A DNA stretch of 63,950 nt from a bacterium. Lineage in GTDB: Bacteria; Patescibacteriota; Gracilibacteria; Peribacterales; Peribacteraceae. The notes under the pieces were generated by a model. It was not told the origin of the DNA. It saw only the letters and a list, made by a program, of their open reading frames with translations, and searched no databases. A program made the translations under genes and the position numbers. Position 1 is the stretch's first letter. The number at the start of each line of letters is the position of its first letter. Positions 47,436 through 55,437 of the stretch are shown in pieces. The DNA lies in the NCBI GenBank assembly GCA_027592135.1, contig JAQCIJ010000002.1, positions 1 through 63,950 of the forward strand. Reading direction: 5' to 3'.

Positions 47436-48528
47436 GTGGAAGAACTACTCAGTAAAATCACAGCACTACAAACTGCCTTGAACACGGGGAAGGACAGTCT
47501 TTGAGGAAAGAGGTATCCCAACACTCATAGCCGAACTTGAAACACAGTCCCAAGATCCTAATCTCTGGGACAATCAATCTTCTGCTAATGCGTTATTTGC
47601 AAAACTGAAAAGCCTCAAAAAACAATGGGAACCTATAAGTACATTACTTTCAGAGATTGATGGATTACTGGAAATGGTAGAAGCATCTACGGCAGAAGAT
47701 CTTCCCGCACTCGAAGAAGAACTTACAGCACTTGAAGAGAAGTGGAATACGGCAGAGATCAATCTGTATCTCAGTGGAGAGTTTGATGTGAACAATGCAT
47801 ATCTCACACTCAGTGGGGGTGCAGGAGGAGTAGACGCACAAGACTGGGCAGCGATGCTACTACGTATGTATCTGCGCTACTGCGAACGCCAAGGATGGAC
47901 AGCTGAGCTTGTCGAAAAGACTGATGGGCAAGAAGCTGGCATTAAATCTGCAACCATTCATATTCAGGGAGAATTCGCCTTTGGCTTTCTACAATGTGAA
48001 CGCGGCACACATCGGCTTGTACGCCTCTCCCCTTTTAACGCAAAAAATTTGCGGCAAACAAGCTTCGCACTTGTAGAGGTATTACCAGAGATTACCGAAA
48101 CCACCGAAATAGAGCTGGAAGAGAAAGATCTGCGTATCGATACTTTTCGCGCTTCGGGGGCTGGAGGACAACATGTAAACAAGACCGATAGCGCAGTACG
48201 TGTAACACACGAGCCAACAGGGCTTGCGGTTGCCTGTCAAAGTGAACGGAGTCAGCAGCAAAATAAAATACGTGCCATGAATATGTTACGTGCCAAGCTC
48301 TTGGCAAAAAAACGAGCAGAAGATGCCGATCAAAAAGATGGCTTAAAAGGAGCAAATAAAAGTGCAGACTTTGGTCAACAGATTCGTTCGTATGTTTTGC
48401 ATCCCTATCAAATGGTAAAAGACCTTCGTACGAATATCGAGACTGGAAATACTGAAGGAGTGCTTGATGGTGATATACAAATGTTTATAGATGCAGAGCT
48501 TAAGCGAGAAGTAAAAAGTAATGAGTAA
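47436..48528 (+). CDS. prfB: Peptide chain release factor 2, requires a programmed +1 frameshift
   Basis: The frame-0 leader from GTG 47436 (VEELLSKITALQTALNTGKDSL) ends at TGA 47502-47504. The +1 frame continues EERGIPTLIAELETQSQDPNLWDN..., joining the listed ORF at 47674, which carries SGAGGQHVNKTDSAVR. Confidence 0.9.
47487..47505 (+). promoter_or_regulatory. RF2 autoregulatory +1 frameshift site (CTT TGA G with an upstream G-rich SD-like stimulator)
   Basis: The sequence is ggggaaggacagtCTTTGAg. This is the same logic as the E. coli site AGGGGGUAUCUUUGAC. Confidence 0.85.
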
Positions 48529-48588
48529 TGATTCAAAAAAGACCCTGCCTTTTACAGCGGGCCCAATTTGATTTCAATTTCAGAAGAC

Positions 48589-48759
48589 CTAGAGGTCCTC
48601 AGAGCGAACAGTCTTACGACCGTTAGCTTTTGCGCGGTCACATGCCTTCTTAACAGAAACCTCAAGATTTGCAGATACTGCATCTGAGAGGTCACCAGAA
48701 GACATCATACCGTGCTTCTTAACGAGCTCTTTGAGCTTAGAAGCTACTACGTAACTCAT
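48589..48759 (-). CDS. 56-aa histone-fold protein (bacterial singlet histone / DUF1931-like), not in the supplied ORF track
   Basis: Manual translation gives MSYVVASKLKELVKKHGMMSSGDLSDAVSANLEVSVKKACDRAKANGRKTVRSEDL. The C-terminal A.ANGRKTVRSEDL mirrors the archaeal histone ARHAGRKTIKAEDI (alpha2-L2-alpha3). Confidence 0.65.
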   Translation of the reverse strand: MSYVVASKLKELVKKHGMMSSGDLSDAVSANLEVSVKKACDRAKANGRKTVRSEDL

Positions 48760-48792
48760 AAATAGGAGTGGTAGGAAGTAATAACGAACCGA

Positions 48793-48822
48793 ATTCTACG
48801 GATAATCCCGTCAAGCCCGCAA
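48793..48822 (-). promoter_or_regulatory. Candidate sigma70-type promoter for the histone-fold gene
   Basis: On the minus strand: TTGCGG (48817-48822), an 18-nt spacer, then TAGAAT (48793-48798), about 35 nt upstream of the ATG. Confidence 0.25.
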
Positions 48823-49278
48823 GTCTAAATTGGCAAATTTGTGCAGTATTTTTGTACGGAAAGCCGATTGACAGAATTGAGTGTTTCGGCAAGGGGTAGA
48901 AAAATACAGTACTCTTAACTAAGGTTTTTTGCTTATGCTTAGCCCAGAACTATGATTTTATAGACGTGGACCTAATGGATGTGGCCTTGGCTCAAATCCC
49001 CCTCTTCTTTGCGGTGCAAATGGCTTGCCTAATGGTCGTTTTTGGGGCAATTCTCTTCTTGGAGGACCAGTTTGGTTGTCTCTGCGAGGTAGTTTTTGCT
49101 CTTTTTTCCTGCCCCACTTCTCATGAGCTTTTTCACGCATACCTCCGTGCAGAGCTACGTGCTTGTCTAGAAATTGATGACAATGAAGAGCTCCGCGAGT
49201 GTGTCTTCGGTGGTGGAAATGGTAATAGTAGGTCCGCACGAGCTGACCTGCCTTTTGCTGATCTGCTACTATAGTGAT

Positions 49279-49683
49279 ATGGAATTCCCCATAGAGATCG
49301 GCCACAAGTTTCAACTGATCGCAAAAGCAATCGCATTTAAGCCAGAAGATGTCGATGAACACTTTGCACGTGGTAGCGGACACGGCGGACAGAGCGTTAA
49401 TAAATCTACAAACTGTGTAGAACTACATCACAATCCAACTGGTATCGATGTGCGCTATCATCACCACAAGGGGTTACTGCGTAACCGTAAAGAAGCATGG
49501 GAACTCATGATCATTAAAGTAGAAGAGCATATCAAAGGTAAAGAGTCTGTAATCAGGCAAAAGCAGCACAAAGTTCAAAAACAAAAACAGAGACGCTCTC
49601 GTAAAGCAAAAGAGAAGATGCTTGAAGAAAAGAAAAAGAGATCAGATATTAAAGAATTCCGTAGAGCAATAGATACCGACTAA
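49279..49683 (+). CDS. arfB: ArfB-like GGQ-domain peptidyl-tRNA hydrolase (RF-1 domain protein)
   Basis: Start chosen at MEFPIE. It has the GGQ motif in GSGHGGQSVNKSTNCVELHH and a long basic C-terminal tail (KQKQRRSRKAKEKMLEEKKKR). Confidence 0.75.
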   Translation: MEFPIEIGHKFQLIAKAIAFKPEDVDEHFARGSGHGGQSVNKSTNCVELHHNPTGIDVRYHHHKGLLRNRKEAWELMIIKVEEHIKGKESVIRQKQHKVQKQKQRRSRKAKEKMLEEKKKRSDIKEFRRAIDTD

Positions 49684-49762
49684 AACTGTAAAATGCTTCA
49701 TGAAGTCAAATACTTTTTACATACAAGAGGAGTATAATACACGCCACCTTCCTCTGCTCTCC

Positions 49763-50452
49763 ATGAAACTCTTTCGATCTATTGTTGCGATTACATCTGT
49801 ATTTGCACTGTGCATCAGTGTCATTCCACCAGCCTATGCCAGTGGCGTAACTGGAGATTCATATCGTAGTAGTTCACCGAGAGGCTTTAAGCGGAGTATT
49901 TCTCGATCACGTGATTTATTAAATACAGAATGTATGCACATAGAAGATGCGAATGCAAAACGTGCATGTATCAAAAAATATCGCAAAACCATTAGAGAAA
50001 AAGCTACGCCAGTACGACAAAACTATGTTGAGCATGATACAAAACAACATGGGCAACGATGTGGTTTTCTTTCTACAGTACAAGAAAGAAGGACATGTAT
50101 GCGCGACGCTCGAGTAAACATTCCCCAGGGAAATCAGCGAGAATTGAACAGGAATACTCGATCGAGAGCAGCGAGAAATCGACGCGATGAGTGCCGTGGA
50201 AAAGAAACAACAACAGAGAGGCTCCAATGTTTACGAGGCTCCAGTAGTACACAAAGAACAATGGTAACAAAGCCTAAACACAGAAACCGCTTAAGAGAGA
50301 ACACTCCAGTAAACTTTATTTCTCCTCAGGGCTTGCGTCGAAACCTCAGTAGGTCTCGCGATCTGATTAAAGAGAAATGTGGTGATATTCTTGATGGTAA
50401 CGACAAAAGAACCTGTATTAAGAATGTCCGAAGCGAGCACCAGGGATACTAA
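49763..50452 (+). CDS. Secreted basic protein with repeated Cys-pair modules
   Basis: Signal peptide MKLFRSIVAITSVFALCISVIPPAYA. The repeated module is RGFKRSISRSRDLLNTECMHIEDANAKRACIK and QGLRRNLSRSRDLIKEKCGDILDGNDKRTCIK, plus two further C...C units. Confidence 0.6.
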   Translation: MKLFRSIVAITSVFALCISVIPPAYASGVTGDSYRSSSPRGFKRSISRSRDLLNTECMHIEDANAKRACIKKYRKTIREKATPVRQNYVEHDTKQHGQRCGFLSTVQERRTCMRDARVNIPQGNQRELNRNTRSRAARNRRDECRGKETTTERLQCLRGSSSTQRTMVTKPKHRNRLRENTPVNFISPQGLRRNLSRSRDLIKEKCGDILDGNDKRTCIKNVRSEHQGY

Positions 50453-50658
50453 ACCTTCTTCCCTTGCTGAAGGCGCTTCGCAAGAGTGCGAATGAACGAT
50501 GCAGCTACCTTTACCTTTTTGTATTCTCCTGTTTCTGGGTCGAATATACGTGTTTTCTGAATATTAGGCCTAAACGTACGCTTTGTAGAACGTAGGGACT
50601 TACTCCGAGTTTGACCGGATGAAGTCTTTGTGCCTGTCTTGATACATTTGCGTGCCAT
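50449..50658 (-). CDS. rpmB: 50S ribosomal protein L28
   Basis: MARKCIKTGTKTSSGQTRSKSLRSTKRTFRPNIQK. Confidence 0.9.
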   Translation of the reverse strand: MARKCIKTGTKTSSGQTRSKSLRSTKRTFRPNIQKTRIFDPETGEYKKVKVAASFIRTLAKRLQQGKKV

Positions 50659-50765
50659 TTCGAAGAAATCCTACGGATTAGAGCGATACAGGTCAAATAG
50701 ATTAAGAGGAAATACGGTATTCCTGTATTCCCCTCATCGGCACTTTACCCTATCCTGCCCTTTAC

Positions 50766-51434
50766 ATGGTCCCATTTCTCTCCCCTACCTTCATTATTGC
50801 GATTCTCATCGCAGTAGCTGTTCACGAATGGGCGCACGGATATGCAGCCTGGAAATTGGGTGATCCAACAGCAAAATACGACGGCAGACTGACACTCAAC
50901 CCCATTGCGCACTTAGACCCCGTAGGAACTGTCCTCTTTGTACTCGTAGGATTTGGATGGGGAAAGCCCGTTCCTGTAGACCCTCGCTACTTTAAACACG
51001 CCACCAAAGACAGTGCCATCGTGGCATTTGCAGGCCCCTTAAGTAATATTATCCTCGCCTTCGGTGCATTCTTCCTCGCTCTCCTCTTCGGGATGAAGGC
51101 AGAAGTACTCGCCGTAACAGGGGCATTGATAGCACCAAACAATCAACCAGTAATTATTACCTTTGTCGCAGAGCTTCTCGGTGACATTATTCATATCAAT
51201 CTTGTACTGATGGCATTCAACCTTCTGCCAATTGCGCCACTGGATGGAAGTAAGATCATTAAAATATTCTTACCCGTTGGATATGACTATCAGTATGAGC
51301 AGTTTATGCAAAAAGGTCCGTTCATTTTATTGGGACTGATTGTTGCAGGTCATGCCTTTAGACTTCCAATACTCAGTATGTGGATCTCGATTATCATGTC
51401 GCCTTTCTTAGGTCTTATGTACGCACTGATATGA
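50766..51434 (+). CDS. Site-2 protease family (peptidase M50) membrane metalloprotease
   Basis: AVHEWAHGYAAWKLGD (HExxH), and LPIAPLDGSK (the LDG motif). Confidence 0.85.
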   Translation: MVPFLSPTFIIAILIAVAVHEWAHGYAAWKLGDPTAKYDGRLTLNPIAHLDPVGTVLFVLVGFGWGKPVPVDPRYFKHATKDSAIVAFAGPLSNIILAFGAFFLALLFGMKAEVLAVTGALIAPNNQPVIITFVAELLGDIIHINLVLMAFNLLPIAPLDGSKIIKIFLPVGYDYQYEQFMQKGPFILLGLIVAGHAFRLPILSMWISIIMSPFLGLMYALI

Positions 51435-51589
51435 GCAAAATCGCAATTTTCTCTGAACTCTGGCAATTCCTCAAGATTCGTAAGAAGTGGTGGTTGCTCC
51501 CTATCCTAATGATGATTGTATTACTTGGATTAATCCTCGTTTTCGCTCAAGGGTCTGCACTTGCACCCTTCATATACACCGTTTTTTAG
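51431..51589 (+). CDS. DUF5989-like small membrane protein
   Basis: MSKIAIFSELWQFLKIRKKWWLLPILMMIVLLGLILVFAQGSALAPFIYTVF. The start overlaps the protease stop (ATGA). This family typically accompanies SxtJ and a carbamoyltransferase. Confidence 0.65.
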   Translation: MSKIAIFSELWQFLKIRKKWWLLPILMMIVLLGLILVFAQGSALAPFIYTVF

Positions 51590-51618
51590 TGGATAGTGGA
51601 TAGTGGATAGTGGATAGT
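51588..51618. repeat. (AGTGGAT)x4 heptamer array (reverse complement of the TATCCAC family)
   Basis: Four perfect copies. They overlap the DUF5989 stop codon and fill the spacer. Confidence 0.9.
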
Positions 51619-51626
51619 ATGTAGTA

Positions 51627-51923
51627 ATGAAGTTCCTCGTCATCATAGTCGTGCTGATCGCAGGAGTTCTTGTCTGTGACAAATATGAAGAGAAACTATT
51701 TCCACCTATAAGCTGGATCTACGCACTCTGGAAAAAGTTCTCTCACGTTCTCGGAATAGTTATGAGTTTTCTTATTCTGACTGCTCTGTGGATCGTTGGC
51801 TTTGGAACCTATGCAATCGTCATAAGAATAATCACATTGCCAAAAAGATTCGCACCGAAGCCCGACACCTATTGGATCAACGTCGAACCTACGACTGTTG
51901 AATCTATGAAACGCCAATTTTAA
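51627..51923 (+). CDS. SxtJ-like small membrane protein
   Basis: 98 aa with two to three TM helices. It lies between DUF5989 and the carbamoyltransferase. Confidence 0.55.
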   Translation: MKFLVIIVVLIAGVLVCDKYEEKLFPPISWIYALWKKFSHVLGIVMSFLILTALWIVGFGTYAIVIRIITLPKRFAPKPDTYWINVEPTTVESMKRQF

Positions 51924-51931
51924 TTCCTTTA

Positions 51932-51959
51932 TCCACTTTCCGTTTTCCACTTCTCCCCA
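51932..51959. repeat. (TCCACTT)-type heptamer array upstream of the carbamoyltransferase
   Basis: Reads tccactt tccgttt tccactt ctcccca. It is related to the array at 47395-47422. Confidence 0.8.
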
Positions 51960-51974
51960 TTTAGCTCCTGAGTC

Positions 51975-53759
51975 ATGCACAAACCTGTCTACATATTAGG
52001 CCTCTCCTGCTACTACCACGATGCAGGTGCTGTGCTCCTTAAAGATGGAAAGGTAGTGTTTGCTGCCCAAGAAGAGCGCTACACACGCAAGAAACAGGAT
52101 GATGATTTACCCGTAAGCGCCATTAACAAAGCATTCGAACATGAAGGAATAACTATCGATGATATTGATGCTATCGGGTTTTACGAAAAGCCGATGCTCA
52201 AGTTCTTCGATCGTATACTCTCGACATACTTTAAGACGTGGCCGCTGGGATTGCGTCAGTACCAAATGGCGATGCAAGAATGGATGCACACAAAGCTCTG
52301 GATACCACAACACATCGAAAAGGATTTAGGATACAAAGGCGAAGTATTTTATATTCCTCATCACGAGTCTCACGCAGCATCCAGCTTTTACTGCAGCGGC
52401 TTTGCAGATTCCGCAGTGGTAACAGTTGATGGTGTTGGTGAATGGGCAACCACGACAATTGGCTATGGAAACGGTAGGAATCTTGATCTAAAAAAAGAGA
52501 TCCACTTCCCAAGTAGCTTAGGTCTGCTCTATAGCGCAGTGACCTACTACATTGGATTTAAAGTAAACAGTGCAGAGTATAAAGTCATGGGACTAGCACC
52601 GTATGGAGAGCCAAAATACGTAGAGCAGTTCCGTGAATTGATCGAGATCAAAAATGATGGATCATTTGAACTGAATATGAAGTACTTCTCGTACGAGCAT
52701 GGACTGAAGATGACGGGTAAAAAGATCGAAAAACTCTTTGGGCAGCCAACAAGAAAGCCGGAGTCTGACCTGACACAGTTTCATAAAGACATCGCAGCAT
52801 CTGTGCAAAAGATTACAGAAGAAGCGATGCTGAAAATCTGTAAACACGCCAAAGAGATCTGCCCTTCAGATAACCTCTGTCTTGCAGGAGGTGTCGCTCT
52901 GAACTGTGTAGCTAACGGAGAAATTTTACGATCAGGATTGTTTAAAGAGATCTTTATTCAACCGGCATCCGGTGACGCTGGTGGTGCACTTGGTGTAGCG
53001 CTTACCATTTGGAATAAAATCTACCTCCCGCAGCGCGGGGATTCTTTCCCGCATTGTACAGTGGCCCCTCAGATTAATGATGTGTACTGGGGTACGGAAT
53101 ATTCTGATGATCAGATTGAAGAATTTCTCAAGAAAGAAGATCTTCCCTATACCAAATTTGATGATGACGCATCACTTATTACTCATGTCTCTTCTCTTCT
53201 CGAAGGTGAAAACGTCATAGGGTGGTTCCAAGGTCGTATGGAATTTGGCCCAAGGGCACTCGGAAACAGATCGATCATTGCGGATGCTCGCAACAAAGAA
53301 AACTGGCAAAAAGTTAATCTGAAAATAAAGTTCCGCGAGAGCTTCCGTCCATTTGCACCGACTGTATTAGAAGAAGATGTGAGTGAATATTTCGATCTTG
53401 ATAGAGAGAGCCCCTACATGTTGCTCGTCGCAGACGTACTACCCGATAAGCGTGACCTGATTCCTGCAGTGACGCATGTCGATGGCAGTGCACGTATTCA
53501 AACCATCAGCGAAAAGCAGAACCCGAAGTACTACAACTTGATCAAAGCATTCAAAGAAAAAACAGGATGTGCCGTCATCATTAATACATCATTTAATGTA
53601 CGCGGAGAGCCAATAGTCGAGAGTCCTCAAGATGCGCTCAACTGTTTCTTAAACACGCACATGGATTATTTGGTGATGGGGAATATCCTCCTAGCAAAGA
53701 GCGCGGGTATTCCTACCCGCATTGATAAGAATTACCTCGATACGTTTGAACTTGATTGA
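51975..53759 (+). CDS. Carbamoyltransferase (NodU/CmcH family)
   Basis: ILGLSCYYHDAGAVLLKDGKVVFAAQEERYTRKK, HHESHAASSF, LAGGVALNCVANG, and the C-terminal domain with TSFNVRGEPIV. Confidence 0.9.
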   Translation: MHKPVYILGLSCYYHDAGAVLLKDGKVVFAAQEERYTRKKQDDDLPVSAINKAFEHEGITIDDIDAIGFYEKPMLKFFDRILSTYFKTWPLGLRQYQMAMQEWMHTKLWIPQHIEKDLGYKGEVFYIPHHESHAASSFYCSGFADSAVVTVDGVGEWATTTIGYGNGRNLDLKKEIHFPSSLGLLYSAVTYYIGFKVNSAEYKVMGLAPYGEPKYVEQFRELIEIKNDGSFELNMKYFSYEHGLKMTGKKIEKLFGQPTRKPESDLTQFHKDIAASVQKITEEAMLKICKHAKEICPSDNLCLAGGVALNCVANGEILRSGLFKEIFIQPASGDAGGALGVALTIWNKIYLPQRGDSFPHCTVAPQINDVYWGTEYSDDQIEEFLKKEDLPYTKFDDDASLITHVSSLLEGENVIGWFQGRMEFGPRALGNRSIIADARNKENWQKVNLKIKFRESFRPFAPTVLEEDVSEYFDLDRESPYMLLVADVLPDKRDLIPAVTHVDGSARIQTISEKQNPKYYNLIKAFKEKTGCAVIINTSFNVRGEPIVESPQDALNCFLNTHMDYLVMGNILLAKSAGIPTRIDKNYLDTFELD

Positions 53760-54751
53760 TGCAAAAAAACGTACTCATCAACATAGGCCTCCTCTGTGGA
53801 TCCCTTATCGGTTTCTTTTTGGTAGCGGAATGTGGCCTACGTGTAACAGGACTCCAAACCACAAAGCCTAATCCCCCAAAAATCTATCAACGATCGCAAA
53901 GCCCAGAGATTAGTTACGAGCTTCTCCCAAACTTAAGAAACGAACCTGCATACAAAGCAACTGTCAGTACAGACCAACGTGGGTTTCGCTTGAATACAAA
54001 CACACCACAACCCTCTGGCAGAAAAACTATCGCTGTTCTTGGGGATTCTATTACCTTTGGACATGGTGTAGAAAATCATCAAACTCTTCCTGCACAACTT
54101 GCAGCAAAAAACATCAATGCACATTACCTCAATGCAGCAGTGCCAGGGTATCAGCTTGGTCAGCAAACCGCTCTGTATAGAGAAAAGATTCAAGGCTTAG
54201 ATCCTGACGGAGTGATGCTTGTCTTCTATTGGAACGACCTGAACGCAGGCCCTCCAGGAATACTTGATGCCCAAGGAATATTGCGCGGACACGACTGGGT
54301 GCCAACTGCACGAGTGTGTGACCCTATAGAAACTGGGATACTGGGATACATTCCTGGTAAATGTTGGCTCGATACACACAGTGCATTCTATAAAGCGGTT
54401 AAAAAGCTGATAAACTTGAAGGCAAGTAAGAGAGGTCAGCATGAGGAACGTGAAATTACTGAGGATCCAGATGTGTCTCAGTTCCTCGTTGAATATGAAC
54501 GTGATCTCAGTGCACTTGCTCTAGACCTTCCAGCAAAACGTACGTTCGTTATTTGGCCTGATAACTTTCTACACAACGATGCAAAGCCAGAACTAATACG
54601 TATGGCAAAGCGTAATGGTTTTACGGTTATAGATCTGTATGAACTCTTTGGAAACCACGTAGAAACACTTGGCTGGGACACTGTGCATCCAAGTCCAAAA
54701 TCTATCGAAGAAGCTGCGGAGTATATTACTTCACAGCTATACTCCCTGTGA
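53756..54751 (+). CDS. SGNH/GDSL-family hydrolase
   Basis: N-terminal TM helix, block I IAVLGDSITFGHGV, and the block V-like WDTVHPS. Confidence 0.75.
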   Translation: MMQKNVLINIGLLCGSLIGFFLVAECGLRVTGLQTTKPNPPKIYQRSQSPEISYELLPNLRNEPAYKATVSTDQRGFRLNTNTPQPSGRKTIAVLGDSITFGHGVENHQTLPAQLAAKNINAHYLNAAVPGYQLGQQTALYREKIQGLDPDGVMLVFYWNDLNAGPPGILDAQGILRGHDWVPTARVCDPIETGILGYIPGKCWLDTHSAFYKAVKKLINLKASKRGQHEEREITEDPDVSQFLVEYERDLSALALDLPAKRTFVIWPDNFLHNDAKPELIRMAKRNGFTVIDLYELFGNHVETLGWDTVHPSPKSIEEAAEYITSQLYSL

Positions 54752-55419
54752 TGAAAGAATATCTCCCTTGGCATCGGCACCCATTTGACCATGCAATTAT
54801 CACAAAAATGGAAGGGTGGTTATCAGATAAAGAAGCAGATGTTCTCTATAGGCTAGCAGCAAATTGTACAGGAAAAGGTGCCATCATAGAAATTGGCTCA
54901 TGGAAAGGAAAATCCACTACCTGTCTCTCGCTCGGGTCACGAGCTGGAGCGGGTACACATATCACTGCTATAGATCCTCATACAGGTTCTTCTGAACATG
55001 GAGATGTCGATACCTATGCAGAATTTTTAGAGAATATTGAAAAAAACGACATTAAAGATATGGTTAAACCTATTAGAGACTACTCACATAATGTCGGCAA
55101 AGAATGGAACAAACCCGTGGAACTGTTATGGATCGATGGTGCTCATGAGTATGAATTCGTGTTGCAAGACTTAGACATCTGGGAACCACATCTAATAGTT
55201 GGTGGAGTAATAGCCTTTCATGATTCCACAATGCCAGGTCCTTGGAAGGTAATAGAAGACCGTTTATACAAAGGAAGAAATTTTAAAAAGATTGGATTCG
55301 CACACGGCATAACCTATGCCACAAAAGGAAAAGCTACTCCATTACGTAATAGAGGGGCAATGCTTCTTCGCGATGCAGCATATGGACTATGGAAGATAAA
55401 AAAGCGTATCAGCAAATAA
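54748..55419 (+). CDS. Class I SAM-dependent methyltransferase (CmcI/Methyltransf_24-like)
   Basis: IIEIGSWKGKST, LWIDGAHEYEFV, and the gene context. Confidence 0.7.
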   Translation: MMKEYLPWHRHPFDHAIITKMEGWLSDKEADVLYRLAANCTGKGAIIEIGSWKGKSTTCLSLGSRAGAGTHITAIDPHTGSSEHGDVDTYAEFLENIEKNDIKDMVKPIRDYSHNVGKEWNKPVELLWIDGAHEYEFVLQDLDIWEPHLIVGGVIAFHDSTMPGPWKVIEDRLYKGRNFKKIGFAHGITYATKGKATPLRNRGAMLLRDAAYGLWKIKKRISK

Positions 55420-55437
55420 ACCGTTGCCAAGGCTCGC

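Noticed and set aside
47499-47505. Possibility that UGA is recoded (code 4 or 25), as in some candidate phyla
   Set aside because: An RF2 gene with the UGA-dependent frameshift is present, and many well-delimited genes end at TGA (for example 3432-3434 and 51432-51434) with correct family-length products.
48958-49383. 141-aa minus-strand ORF
   Set aside because: It overlaps the well-supported ArfB-like gene by about 100 bp in antisense. Its product is low-complexity and Arg/Pro-rich. I kept it only as part of the ambiguous-region finding.
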